A stretch of DNA of 64,000 nt. Origin: Tricharina praecox. Taxonomy: Eukaryota. Below the pieces are notes generated by a model. It had not been told where the DNA came from, ran no database searches, and worked only from the letters and a program-made list of their open reading frames with translations. Position numbers and translations under genes: made by a program. The DNA lies in contig NW_026250412.1 in NCBI RefSeq assembly GCF_024521635.1, positions 806,001-870,000 of the forward strand. Direction: 5' to 3'. Position 1 is the stretch's first letter. Every line of letters begins with the position of its first letter. Of this stretch, positions 36,809 through 49,527 are shown one piece after another.

Positions 36809-38016
36809 GCTCTCGAAATCAGAGGCCAAGGGGGGCCTCGTCGATGTAGAATTTCGTTATATCGGAGGTCGAGGTGGAAATCGGTGGTCGAGTTGCGGCG
36901 ACGGCGGGGAAAAAAGTCAGAAGAAACTCGATGTCAAGGATCGCCGACGTCGTGTGACATGACATCAGCACGACTATTTTTTCTGCGATGACCAAGCAAT
37001 TGCGTCCCGCTATTGGTAGACGCACCAAGCGCCTGTCTCGTCTCCAGACTACAGGAATTTGGTTCAGTTACTGCCCAACATCTGTAGGCTTTCCATTAAG
37101 AAAGTACGGACTTCATTGGACGATTCCCGGAATTACATCGCTGGCAATCCTCACGATGGCCGCACTTGCAAATTCGCTTTATTTTGGCGGTCGCTCCACG
37201 GACATGATCGACATGAATTGGAACTTGAATATTAACCGAGGAGATGGGATGGATCACGGCTGCTCATGCTCGAGCGCACCAGTTCCACGTATTACCTCGG
37301 AGGGCCGCGCAGCCACCTCATCGCAGCACAGGTGGGGGATACATAGTGACAGGCGGTAGGAGCTTCTACCCGGAAAGCTAGGAACTCAAATGAGCCAGTG
37401 CATCGTCTTCGATAGGGGACGTGCTGGACTGTGGTCCGACAGCCTGTGGGTCGATGCTACATAGTTTTGATTGTAGGGTGCTCGCAGCCCCGTCGGTGTG
37501 ATGGTGTGAACGGAATTGAAGATGAAGTTGAAGATGTGGGAGCTATTAGCTAGATTATGTACAAGATCATATCTGCGTCGGATGCGGACAGGTGCGGTTT
37601 CTCAAGTGGGCCGGAGGTCTTGCAGTCCTTCACGGAAATCCGACTTGACTTTCTTCTGTTGGTTTCAATGCTCTCGCGCATTATAAAGTGCAAATAAAAC
37701 AGCTGGGTAGTCCCCCTGGTCCAATCGTAAGCACTCTGCTGGGTGCCGCCCAAAGATGTTTCTCCTGGCGAGTGATGAGGCGATGCAGCTCAGTCGTGGA
37801 ATCTACAGTTATCCTCTCTTCTACTTCTCTTCGCACGCCACTCTGCTGTGCCATTGCCAAACCGTCCGTATAATCCGAAGCCTTTCGCTTTGAGCTCTTT
37901 CCCTAGCATTGTTGTTCTGTTTTCACGGACGGTGAGATATGTATGCCAGTGATGACCTGCCTGCTCTATTCAACCACTATGATACAGTACAGAACGGAAA
38001 AGAGAGAAGAAGAGTA

Positions 38017-38919
38017 TCAAAGCCACCGACTGCAATTCCCACAAAAATGCTTAACCGTGTCCATCTTGCAGGTCCCACAGGTGCCACACTGCAAGCCTGG
38101 CACCAAATCCACGTTCTTATTGCACAGGGAGCAATAGTTGCAGAGCATCGGCTTCGAGCACGAGCACGGCTTGCATGTCGGACAAGTGACCTTCTTTGGG
38201 GCCGCAGCACTCTCGAGCACCAGCTGTCCCGAGAACTCGGAAAGCTCGAGCAGAACCTTGCGGAATGCATCGTGCTTGACCAATTCGGGCAGATGCTTCC
38301 GAGTGGCGTGGACCAAGACGTTGCGAAGTTCCTTGTCGCCCGGGTATGTGGTGGAGTATGCGTCGCGGACCGTCTCGTGGAAGTCGGCGGCGATGCAGTC
38401 GTCATCCAGCGTCGCCTTGAGTTTCGCCGTGGCAACGCTCTTCAGACACGGTGCACCAAGCATATCCGCGAGCGCATACACCCGGGTATGCTTCAAGGGG
38501 ATCGGATCGTCTTTTTGCCGTGACCAGGATCAGTGACAACCCCTCGCTGATCATGGTGGGATCGAGCCGGTACCTTCAATTTCCTCCCAGTTCGACTTAT
38601 CCGGATAATCCCCAGTGTAGCAATACACCAGAAACCGCCACACGGCATGGCAACTGTGCTCCTCTATCCACACGACACCTTTTGCCTCCTCGAAGCCGGA
38701 TGACGGATTGGTGGCATTCGTGAAGAAGCTTGTTCGTAAGCCGAGGATGGCTTTGTGCGCGAAGAATTCGAAGGTGCCGACAGCGACGGTGATGTCTGAG
38801 TGCGCGGGATTATTGAAGAGCCTGTGGCACCATGTTGTCAGCGCGGCAACGGGGAGTGGGCAGATGGACTACTTCTCGAAGCCACCAAAGAAAGCGAGCT
38901 TGGATTTGGCGTCGGTCAT
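38017..38919 (-). CDS. BTB/POZ-domain protein with Cys-rich C-terminus
   Basis: Introns 38872-38822 and 38573-38511. LFNNPAHSDITV..FAHKAIL..SFF..SGFEEA..FLVYCYTGDY..HTRVYALAD. Confidence 0.88.
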
Positions 38920-38978
38920 GTCTGTCTGCTTCTGTGTCTGTGGGTTGTGCATGTGGTGGGTGGCGATGGAGGATGAGG

Positions 38979-39218
38979 GAGTGTGGCGACAGTTCAGGTC
39001 GTAGGAGCTTCAGGTCGTAGAAGCTTCAGGTCTGAAAGAGAGGAGGAGTGTTACAAGCACACGATCAAAAGTGCAGTTGCAGAGAGCTTGGACAGGAGAG
39101 ATGAGAGAGTGTGGCGACGGTTCAGGTCGTATGTAAGCTTCAGGTCTGAAAGAGAGGAGTGTTGCAAAGCACACGATCGAAAGTGCAGCTGTAGCGAGCT
39201 TGGACAGGAGAGATGAGA
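38979..39218. repeat. Imperfect tandem duplication (128 bp + 112 bp) upstream of the BTB gene
   Basis: Both copies run GAGTGTGGCGAC...GCTTGGACAGGAGAGATGAGA (38979-39106 and 39107-39218). Confidence 0.9.
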
Positions 39219-40014
39219 AGAATTACAAGTTGGGTATAAAAAGATCACAAGACTCAGCTTGGAGCACCCTAGCGGTGGGGCCGCATGGGGGGGCGATACC
39301 TAGCTGGAGCTCAGCTTCCGCTGCAGCTGGTGGCAATGTGTCGATGGCTATCGCTTGCCGGAAAGTGGTGCATCACGTGCAATTCGACATCAAGAAGACT
39401 CGAAGGGAGCGATCTGACGAAAGGAAACTCTCCAACGAGCACGGCAGGCCTCTCGAAAGCCAAACTCTTCAGACTGAAGTATGCTGCGACGAATGTATTT
39501 TGCCCGAGGTGAAGCCCAGGCTCTAAGCCCTACGGTATCGCACTCGCCGCTTCATTCATCATGAGTTGTGCATCCAAATCGTAGAGAATAGAGGGCGGAG
39601 AACATGAAGAATACAGTCAAACCTTTTGCATTTCCCTCTGAAACCTCCAATGCTTTCCCACTTCACATGCTGCAACCCATCGCTCGGAGGTGGCTCGTTT
39701 GACTAAGCGGGCTCGTGGAGCGGCTCTTCGTTATCGATTCGATCTCACGTCGAAACTATCCCTCATAGGCACATGTCCCTCAGCCGCCGCGCTGCTCATT
39801 CGACGATCCAACGACCCACCAAACCCCCCCTCGAACGCGACGATACGAATGCTTCCACCACCGCGGAATCATAATACCAATTAATTCACACAAGAAAAGA
39901 GACGGAAAGGAAGAAAAAGAACGAGAGAGACGGAAGAAGTAGGGTAAGAACGGCGAAAGGCTAGGTCGAACAGAAAAGAAGCAAGCACCCCAGCTCCCAA
40001 GCTATAATAAAGAC

Positions 40015-41255
40015 ATGTCCTACAACTTCCCACTTCCACCCCTCTACGGCCTCAACTTCCACCCAAACGACGAGAACGGCAACGTCTTCGGTGGTTTTTT
40101 TCCCGGGCGGTTCCCCCTCCCTGTTATCGTGCAGGCCCCTTCATCCTCGGGAACCTTCGACTCCGGCTCCCCACCTACATCACCTTCAGGGTCCTCGGAG
40201 CTAGAAGAGGAAGACGAAGAAGACGACGAAGAGGAGGAGGAGGACGAGGAAGAAGGCTATTCATCCGAAGACCAACGTTCAGCTTCCGAACACGGCGCTC
40301 CTTCCTCGGATCGCGTCTCGCGCTCAGGTCCTACCTCGCCGCAGCAGCCTTCGACCCCCGACTCCGCCGAATCCTACCTCGCCCACTACGCTGCAAACCT
40401 CCCACCAAGTCCTATCCGCCACCACTACGCAGGATCGTTCTACCCAGGGCAAGCGATGGTGCAAACACGCTCATCTTCCAGGACCTACGATCAACCTCCT
40501 AATGCAGCTCAGTCCGCTCGCGCTGGAGCCTCATCCTCCCGTGCTGGCGCTGAAGCCCCGCCCTCTGGCGCCACAGCCGGCGGTAGTGGTGGTGGTGGTG
40601 GTGGTGGTGCGTCACGCACGGGTCGTTTGCCTCCGGGTGCACCACCGTCCCAGCCAACACGAAGAGCCCAACCCACACAGACTTCGAGAAGATCGCAGTC
40701 TAGACAGCCACCACCAATGATCGACCTGACGCTGTCTTCGCCGAGTGGACCCTCCACCACCACCGCCAAACGCTCCGCAGCGCAAGGCCCAGCACGCAAA
40801 AAACAAAAAACATCCAAGGCCCTAAAGAAACTATCCGAAGACGAACGAGAGGACGAAGGCGAGAATGATGCCGATGACGATGACGACGACGCCGACACCG
40901 AAGATGACGGATTCACTATGATTCCCATAGAGAAGCCGCCGGCGGAGGACGAGAAGCCAAAGAAGCTCGCGGGCACCGCTTGCATCATCTGCATGGAGGA
41001 CGAGCCCGTCGACTTGAGCATCACACCTTGTGGTAAGTTTTGCCAGGCTGTGTGGTTACTTGGTGAAGCTGACCTAGATTTCGCTACAAAGGCCATATGT
41101 TCTGCAACAAGTGCTTGTTTGGAGCCATCAAGTCAACGCTACCCGCGCCTCAAAAGGTTCACGGAAAGTGTCCGGTTTGCAGAGGTAAGGTTGCCATCAA
41201 GGACATCATCGTTCTTGAAATTAAGAAGAGGTCCAAGGGCAAAGATCGTGCCTAA
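40015..41255 (+). CDS. C3HC4 RING protein with SUMO-interacting motif (Slx8/Rfp1/RNF4-like STUbL)
   Basis: Low-complexity acidic N-terminus and a MIDLT SIM. Intron 41033-41091 restores CIICME..TPCGHMFCNKCL..CPVCR; stop TAA 41253-41255. Confidence 0.85.
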
Positions 41256-42156
41256 TGACGACGAGTCGCCGACGCTTCTCAGGGCGAAGGAATCGCATGA
41301 TGTTCCTCTTGCCCACTTCCTGTGCCATCTTATGGGGTGTTTCTTTTTCCTCTGCTTTCCGTACTTTGATCTCTCTGGGTACTGGTAACCGCTGCTTCCG
41401 TACCATCCCAGAGTGTAATGCTGCTATGATTGTCCTGCTGCTTTCTTCTTGTGCTTTTGGCGTTGTCTTCTAGCATTGTTTTTTTCGGCTGCTTCGTGAT
41501 GGGGATTCTGCTTCTGCTTCTGGTGTTCAGGGGGGGTGTCAAAGGTCGCTTTCGGCGATAACATGAGCTGGCGCGGGGGTTATATACAAGTAGTCGACGG
41601 TGCTGGGGCGTTCAAAAGGGTTATTCAAAATGCTTCCTATACTGCTTCCCTAAGGCGGAGGGTAAATTCTAGAGGATTCCAATCCTCGATACATTGTAGA
41701 GTACCATTTATCTGCCCTATACTCCGCCGTGGGGGACGCTTCATAGCCTTTGGTACTGAAGAGTCAATATCTCCACTGTCCAGTAGCACAATCACCGCCC
41801 GACTGACGAAGTAGAATAGAGTGCTGAGTAACCCGAAAAATTGAAGACGAAAACTAGAGTAATGAACACAACACGCCCACAGCACGCGTATAGATCGTAT
41901 CGGTGATGTCACTACCATTTCGTAACAAAGCAACAGCAGTGCCACGGTATTACAATTCGCACCCTCCTCTTTGAGGAAACTCCGCGGGAGCTTCGGATGA
42001 CTGGAAAGGCCGCGGGAGCTTGGAGGAGAGGTGAGGTGAAGCCTACGCACAGCTGAGGCTCGGTCGAATCGGATCGCAACCGAGTGAACGCTTCGTGTAG
42101 TATGTAGGTAAGAGGGTTTTCCCACGGCAGCGACGGCGGCGAGGTCGCACAGACGA

Positions 42157-42252
42157 TCACTCTCTGCACTGCACTTACGACAGCGAACAGTTCTAATTTC
42201 CGATTCACTCTCTGCACTGCACTTACGACAGCGAACAGTTCTAATTTCCGAT
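42157..42252. repeat. Perfect 48-bp tandem duplication
   Basis: TCACTCTCTGCACTGCACTTACGACAGCGAACAGTTCTAATTTCCGAT x2. Confidence 0.95.
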
Positions 42253-42646
42253 CCCCGGGCCCCAAGTGCGTCCTCGTTGCTTCACGGGTCGTAGGTATCT
42301 TGCTACCAGAGCAACTCCTACATACCTAGCAGGCTTACTCCTCGGTGCCAGTAGTTATGTACCTCACCTGGTCGACGTCCCGCTTTCGATCCTCATACGT
42401 ACATAGTCGTGGGGAATATGGAGTTGATCATTGATGTGAGCATCAGAGGGGGCTTGGTGATGGATTGGAGATTACGGCGGACTCAGGAGACGGCCACGAA
42501 CTTGGGAGAAGGGTTTCCGCGAAGTGGGAGGGAAAGCTCCGGTACGGGTGTTGGGGAAGATGGCGATGCTGCCTGGTACTTATTATTTGACTGATGGAAT
42601 GGATATTATTATAATTTAGAAGTAAGATGGAAATGCTAACATACAA

Positions 42647-42727
42647 GATTCAGTAGTGTAGGGGTATCATGGGCGCTTGCCATCCAGCATTCTGCGCCCG
42701 ACCCGGGTTCAAATCCCGGCTGAATCA
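42647..42727 (+). tRNA. tRNA-Gly(GCC) with 10-nt intron
   Basis: Acceptor GATTCAG/CTGAATC + A73; anticodon stem GGCGC/GCGCC; GCC at 42679-81; intron 42683-92; T arm CCGGG-TTCAAAT-CCCGG; T-runs downstream. Confidence 0.9.
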
Positions 42728-43639
42728 TGTTGTCTTTTGGTCTTTCTTTTTTGCGAGGAGGGGGATCAGGTAACTACTGGATCTGTCTGGAGTTGCCGGT
42801 GCGAGCGGGCTGAGACCGTGTGCGGAGTTCTCAACTCTGTTGCATATATACCGGTACCAGCCGTATCGGAAGCCTGGATCGGCACCGACTCCCGAGGCTG
42901 GAGGCCGGGCCGGAAGACACGAGAAAAGAGCTGGCCCCAATGCCCATGACACCGAATCGGAGTCGTATTTAGGCAAAAGCCCTCCAGGCTCCAGTGCCAC
43001 CTCCATCCCGCCAGTCTTCCCCGTTCTCCTCATACATACCGGTAGGCACTAGAGTAGACCAGGCGTCACCAATCGTTTTTTATGTACATAGGGACCTTGA
43101 ACTTTGAACTTTGCTCCCTCCCTCCCCCACACACACACACACGAACCTAGACGATGCTAGATGAGATGAGATGTTGCAATACCTCGAGAAGTAGAGAACG
43201 GCGATTAGGTAGTTGGATCAAGGTCTGTCCCCCCACAGCAGCAATCATGCGAACTCACTCGCAGTGCGAGTCAGCCGCTATGCACGGATGCAGACAAAAC
43301 CCAGCTTCATCCTCCCCAGGGGCGGTAGATCCGCGGTGCAGTATGCAGCGTGGTCTTGTAAGCAGAAACGGCAGAAGCAGTAGACGAACTGGTGCTGCGG
43401 TCCAGTGACTTGTACTAGTGACTGCCTGTGCGGATAACTACCTATCGCCGCCCGGCACTGGCAGTGGATAATTCGGTGGACAACTCCGGTGGACACTTCC
43501 GCGGAGCTCGCTCTGTTTGAGTCGCGAACTCCGGGTCCCGAATTCCGAATATCGGACTTCGAACTCCGGATAATGTACCGAGTGATCGCTGTGATCTCCG
43601 TGGTCCGTCGGCTTCTGCAACTCATCGGCCTCGGCTACG

Positions 43640-43689
43640 GACTCAGACTCAGACTCAGACTCAGACTCAGACTCAGACTCAGACTCAGA
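43640..43689. repeat. (GACTCA)n microsatellite
   Basis: About 8 hexamer copies. Confidence 0.95.
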
Positions 43690-44017
43690 TTTAAAAACTT
43701 TACATGACTTGATTGATGAGATGGACGAGAAAGACTAGTAAATAATCGACTGCATTTAAAGCGGAAACAACGAGCTCGTGTACTATTACATAAACAAAGG
43801 GAGGAAATGAAGCCTCAGACAGAGAATGCTACGGTACTATAGAAAATATGGTTACTATAAAGGGACATAAGTAAGAATACCCGCAAAATCTCCGCAAGAT
43901 GAGCTGACCAGTTAACTGCTCTGCCTAAGTAGGGCCTGTATAGCAGCCCCTCGAGCTTATGAACCGGTTTTCGGAAGAAAACCTATAGCTCAACTAAGAC
44001 CCGAGCACGAACGGTGA

Positions 44018-44113
44018 GGATATGGGAGGATATGGATTGATATGGGAGGATATGGGAGGATATGGCAGGATATGGATTGACATGGGAGGATACGGATTGA
44101 TATGGGTGGATAT
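44018..44113. repeat. Degenerate 10-bp minisatellite (GGATATGGGA)n
   Basis: About 9 imperfect units. Confidence 0.85.
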
Positions 44114-44747
44114 GCTGGGCCCCGTCCTCGCTACATGCGGGATCCTGGCCGGATGCTGTCGCTTTGGTTTTGGATTGCGGCCGGACTCGACCCGGGCCCG
44201 GGCCTCGCCACGCACGCACGAGTATGTGTATGTGTATGCATACCATCATGATTCATGACGGGCTGTCAGAATTTCCCATGTTGACTCAAGTTATATGGTG
44301 CAGGTGGAATGAACTACAGTCGTTCCGATCTCCCAAGCCCGTACATAGCTCCCGGGGGTTATTCAAAGTCTTTTTTCGAGCCGTTTGTCCGTGACGGACC
44401 ATGTTGATCGTGGCGATGCCTGTATGCTCATTCTATGTGCTTTAAGGTTTGGCATGCTCAGTTCGGGTCGGGTCAACGGAGCGATCGAAATACTATATAC
44501 ATAGAATGGCATATGCATGCACCTGGTACATAGGGCTGAGCGTGGCAGCGATGACACATACCGGTATCGGAGACCCCCGCCGCCATCCACGTTATCGAGC
44601 ATAGGTCACACACATACATCCTATCAGTCCGAACAAACAGTTGCATGTAAATTCAAAGATGAGCCATGCACATTCAAGTTAAGCCATATATTCAGACCTG
44701 AGCTCTTCCTTGGATCCTTTATCAATCCCCTTGTGCGCTCGCTCGCT

Positions 44748-44818
44748 CACTGACTCACTCACTCACTCACTCACTCACTCACTCACTCACTCACTCACTC
44801 ACTCACTCACTCACTCAC
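44748..44818. repeat. (CACT)n microsatellite
   Basis: Tetramer run just upstream of the GNAT gene. Confidence 0.95.
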
Positions 44819-44886
44819 CCCCGCATCTACTCCTCCGGCATCTACTCCTCCGCATACTGTACCCAAAGCACTAAATCACCTCCGCA

Positions 44887-45655
44887 ATGTCTCCCATCAC
44901 CACTCCCCCTTCTTCACAGCCCTATACCCAGCCGACCCCCGATTCCTCGCCTCGACCGACCCCGCGCTGCTCGACATCGGCACGATCCACAGATACATCA
45001 GCGGAACCTCGTACTGGGCGCGGGGGACGCCCTACTCCGTGGTGAAGCGGGGCCTGCAGAACTCATTGAGCCTTGGGATCTACGACATCTCCGCGCCGGG
45101 GGGAGGAGGGGGAGGAGGAGCAGGTAGAGCAGGTGGCAAGCTGGTGGGCTCCGCGCGCTGGATCACCGATAAGGCCACGTTCGCCTACCTCAGCGATTTG
45201 TTTGTGCTGGATGAGTACCAGGGACGGTGAGTGCTCCCCTAGTGGGGGTGGAGGGTGGGTGTGAAGGGGGGACTGATGATGGTGGGACGCCGGAAGAGGT
45301 CTAGGTAGGTGGATGGTCGATTGCTTAATGCGCCTGCCGGAGATTCAGGGTCTGAGGAGGTTGATGCTCGTCACGGGAGGCGCGGATGCCCTGTACGAGA
45401 AGTATGCTGGGTTCAATGTTGCGCCGCAAGGTATGTGCTTCGCTCTAGGGGAGGATGGGTGATGGTTGATGGTGATGGTGATGGCTGGGCGGGATGGGTT
45501 AACGAGTGCTGTGGCGGATAGGAGGCAAGCTCACGTATATGGAGAAGGTTGTGCCGTCGGAAGAGTTGTACGGAAAGCCTATCGCGGAGATAGATGTTGG
45601 TGTAGAGGGGAAAGTGAAGCCTGCAGCAAAGGAGGCAGAGGACCGGACAGTTTGA
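44887..45655 (+). CDS. GNAT-family N-acetyltransferase (start codon out of frame, see findings)
   Basis: STDPALLD..IH....SYWARG..VVKRGLQNSLSLGIY..VGSARWITDKATFAYLSDLFVLDEYQGR|GLGRWMV..LRRLMLVT..ALYEKYAGF; introns 45227-45296 and 45431-45521; TGA 45653-55. Confidence 0.8.
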
Positions 45656-46783
45656 AGGCTGGGGATCGGATCGAGTATGAGCACATACGAAGGGCCCAGC
45701 ACGGAGAAGGCCGAAGTAGAGTGGGTACTAGTATAGTGGATGCGACATTGGCGTTTACTTGCATACGGGATCGAAGCTGGGGGACTGTGCAGGGATCGAG
45801 TCATGGAATATCACGCAGTGACCGAGAAGCCCACGGCGCTTTCACGGCGGTGATTGACAAGAACCGGGCTCCAGTAAAGCCAGACCCGTGGATTGATCAT
45901 CCAATAGACGCCAACACGATCACTGAGGCATAGGTAGGCCGTAGCTCAGTCGACGTCCATCACTCCTTTAACTTGCGAGTAGTTATGCACTACCAACGGT
46001 ACGTAGCGCTTGATCACTCGTGGGGGCCCAGACCTCATGTCGTTATTTTCCAGGAACGACGATCACTCTCCGGGCCGGCAGATAGCCGCGAAAAACCCCC
46101 GTCGTAGTGGTGGTGGAGATGGTGGTGGCAACGGTGGTGGACCGTGGTGGACCGTGGACACGACGCCTCGACTCCTCGGAGGCGAGACGCCCAGCCCAGC
46201 GCAGCCCGGCCGCTCGCTCGCCAACATCATGCGGCCACTAACTATCTACATGAGTAATTGCTTCTTCGCATGCGGATCGAAAGGGTTGCGATGGGGCTAA
46301 CCACCCTAGTTAGCGAGGTCCGCACTTTTGTGGGAGGGTGTGGGTGTGTGGAGGGGGGGAGGGGAATGTTTCTCTGTGGAAAACCTGTGGAAACCCCGTG
46401 GAAAACCTGTGGACACAGGAGATCCGCAGGTTGGTAATCTGCCTGAATTCGCCGAATTCGCCGAAGTGGTAACTTTCTCTACCGCCGCCGACGCACACTC
46501 AGAGGTGCGGTGAGCGAAAGAGGGCGAGAGCTCGAATCGAGTCGAGTCGGGTCTTCCCGCAACCGCCCAACTTGCATAGGTGCATACAGAGAAACTTATG
46601 CATCTTTTTTATGCGCGCGCGCTCCAGTGTGCAATTTCCTGTTTTCCCCACCACCTCCAGCACCACGACGACGACGGCGACGGCGATGCACGGTGTACTC
46701 TACTCTACGGTACTAGTACCTAGGGAAAAAGGGAAGTATTGTCGGTCGGCCAACATAACATGTTTCTGTCTGGCGATGCGCGC

Positions 46784-46784
<1 letters not shown>

Positions 46785-46822
<38 letters not shown>

Positions 46823-46921
46823 GAGGCGACTGTTTGTGGGAGGATGGATGGGTGGATGGATGGATGGGTGGATGGATGGATGGATGGATGGATGGATGGA
46901 TGGATGGATGGATGGATGGAT
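46785..46921. repeat. (GCT)n followed by (GGAT)n microsatellites
   Basis: 46785-46822 and about 46843-46921. Confidence 0.95.
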
Positions 46922-48639
46922 GTAGATATGGATGTGTAAGAGTGCGCTCGAGACGAATCGGTGCTTTACTCTGGTACGCAGCGATACACGATGCATACCG
47001 CAGTCTACCTACACATACCGGTATCTCCCCTCGACGCTCACCGCTCGTACTTGTCCATGATCACGCCGCACCACATCGCAGACCCCAGACCCCCGCCTCA
47101 TGCTTAAAAGGTTATCTATGCCAGCGAAAAGCTTCGTGTCCGTGCCCCTCCTCTGCCGAGAAAGTGCAGTTATGAGGCAACTCATACTCATACTCTACTA
47201 GCTCCCTCGGCGACTCGGACCGATTTCAGCTGTGGGGCAGTTGCCGCGTAAACTTCATGCGAGCGAGTGAGGTCTAATGAGGATCTTCACTCTTTACTCG
47301 TGCTGCTCAGCCTCCTTTTCCCTCCGGCGCAGGGGGTCGCCGGATCGGTCGGCCAGCGACTCAGCGACTCAACGGGGGTTCATAATTAGAGCGCGCGCGG
47401 AGGTCGGATATATGTGGAGTAGGTAGATTTACAGATAACTAGCAGAGTCCGATCCCCCCAGTCTCTCCTACGATGATCGTACAGAGATAGAGATGGACAG
47501 GCAGGCAGGCAGACAGGTCTTGCGAGAGTCAGATCAGTGATCACCCTTCCCGGCCGTTCCTACATATCATACATACGAGGATATGGGATAGGTGCCCGCC
47601 GCCGACGCCGCCGGCGAGCGTCGTCGGCTGGCTGTACATGCCCTGGAGACATCGGCCGGGTTGAGCTGAGTAGAGAAGCTGAGCTGAGCTGAGCTGAGCT
47701 TGCTACTTGGGGGAGGGAGGGACGGGATTACGTTGCCGAAGGGGTGCATGGTATGTGCTCTATGTAACTGGTCGACCGACTCGTTTGCAACGGGGGTATT
47801 CTATCTGCCTGGTTGCGTGCAACTCTTTACATAGCATCATACCGTAGCATTCAAAGCGAGAGCGAGCGAGCGCTCCGCATCGGCCGATAGGTCATGGGTA
47901 GAGGCGTGTATGTACATTGTACATACGCATGTACAATGTATCTAGAGAGGAGTAGGGGTGACGAAGCTGCTGCGGCTGTTTTTTTTCCTTTTGCTTCTCG
48001 CGATGCGCTGAGGAGTGGAAGTGGAAGCGCAAGTGGAAGTGTTGGTTTTTCTTTTCTTTCGCTGTCGTCGATCCCCGCGGGTGGGGTAGATACGGTATTT
48101 GCTACATGTGCCTACTAACGGTATCTACCGTGTCTACCGTATGCACGACGTCGCGGGTTGGTGGAGAAGTAACTTCCAGTGTCCACATCCTGCTGGAGAG
48201 GGCGGCAGCGGAGATAGGTACATACTCTATGCAGGCCAGCGTTTCGTTCAACAAACATCTCGCTCCCCTCCTGCTGCTCACGACATCTACGGGGATCAAA
48301 GTGTTCGAGAACCTCTATGCAACCCCCCCTCCCGTTTCGAGTGCGGGGTTGGGTTGGGTTGGGTTGGGTTGTCGCCTGCACTGTACTGTGCAGCTCTTGT
48401 GACTTTATCGCTCTGCGGACTGTCCTTGGTAACAGGTAACTGCCTACAATCCCCCTACAATCGCAGGCTTCGCTTCCATACTCCACCTACTCTGCCCAGA
48501 GTGGAGCGATACAGACAACCCTGAGCCCGAGGGACCTGGGAGTGGGAAAGGGAAGGAATTTTCACTCTGGGCCGTATGCATGGCTGGCTGCACTGTGCTC
48601 CTGTGCTCTAGAGTACCTCCACTGTGCTGTGCGCCACTG

Positions 48640-48640
48640 G

Positions 48641-48691
<51 letters not shown>
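48640..48691. repeat. (GCCT)n microsatellite
   Basis: About 13 copies. Confidence 0.95.
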
Positions 48692-48693
<2 letters not shown>

Positions 48694-49361
48694 ACATCCA
48701 CATCCCACACTGTCGGTAACTACCGTACGGAAGGAAAGGAAGAGAGGAAGGAAAGGAAACCGGGCGCGCGCACGGAGGGGCAGAGTGGGTAGATACCTCG
48801 TAGAGCACTTCCTACATACATCATACCTGGGCACCTACATACAGTATCTACGGATAGTACGGATAGAACGGTTGTGGGAACACACTGTCTAAGCGCATGA
48901 TTCGCCCTCGTTCTTCTTCTTCTCTTGTACTCAGGATTCTCAAGATTCTCTAGGATTCTCAAGGGATGATCCGATGCATACATACAGTATCTACCGGTAT
49001 CTACATGCATACGGAACATACGGACGGACCGGAACACTCGCGACTCTCACTCTCTCACCACCCACCCCCACCCAGCCGCCGTGCGAATCCGACGGACCCA
49101 CACACATGCACAGCACCCACACGCACAGAGAGAGAGAGCTCACAAACCGTTACATGTCCATGGGTCCTCACTCACACTCGACGCTCCACTCCGCACCAGC
49201 CGATGCGATGACGATGATGACGACGAAGTTTCCGGGCTTCCTTGTACATAACTTCGGTTTTTTCCGACTCCAGCTCCGACTCCGACTCCAATCGCGGAAC
49301 AGGTCTCGCTTTGGACTCTGAAGCATTGCGCGATGCCGGGCTGGATGGGACGGCATGGAAC

Positions 49362-49527
<166 letters not shown>

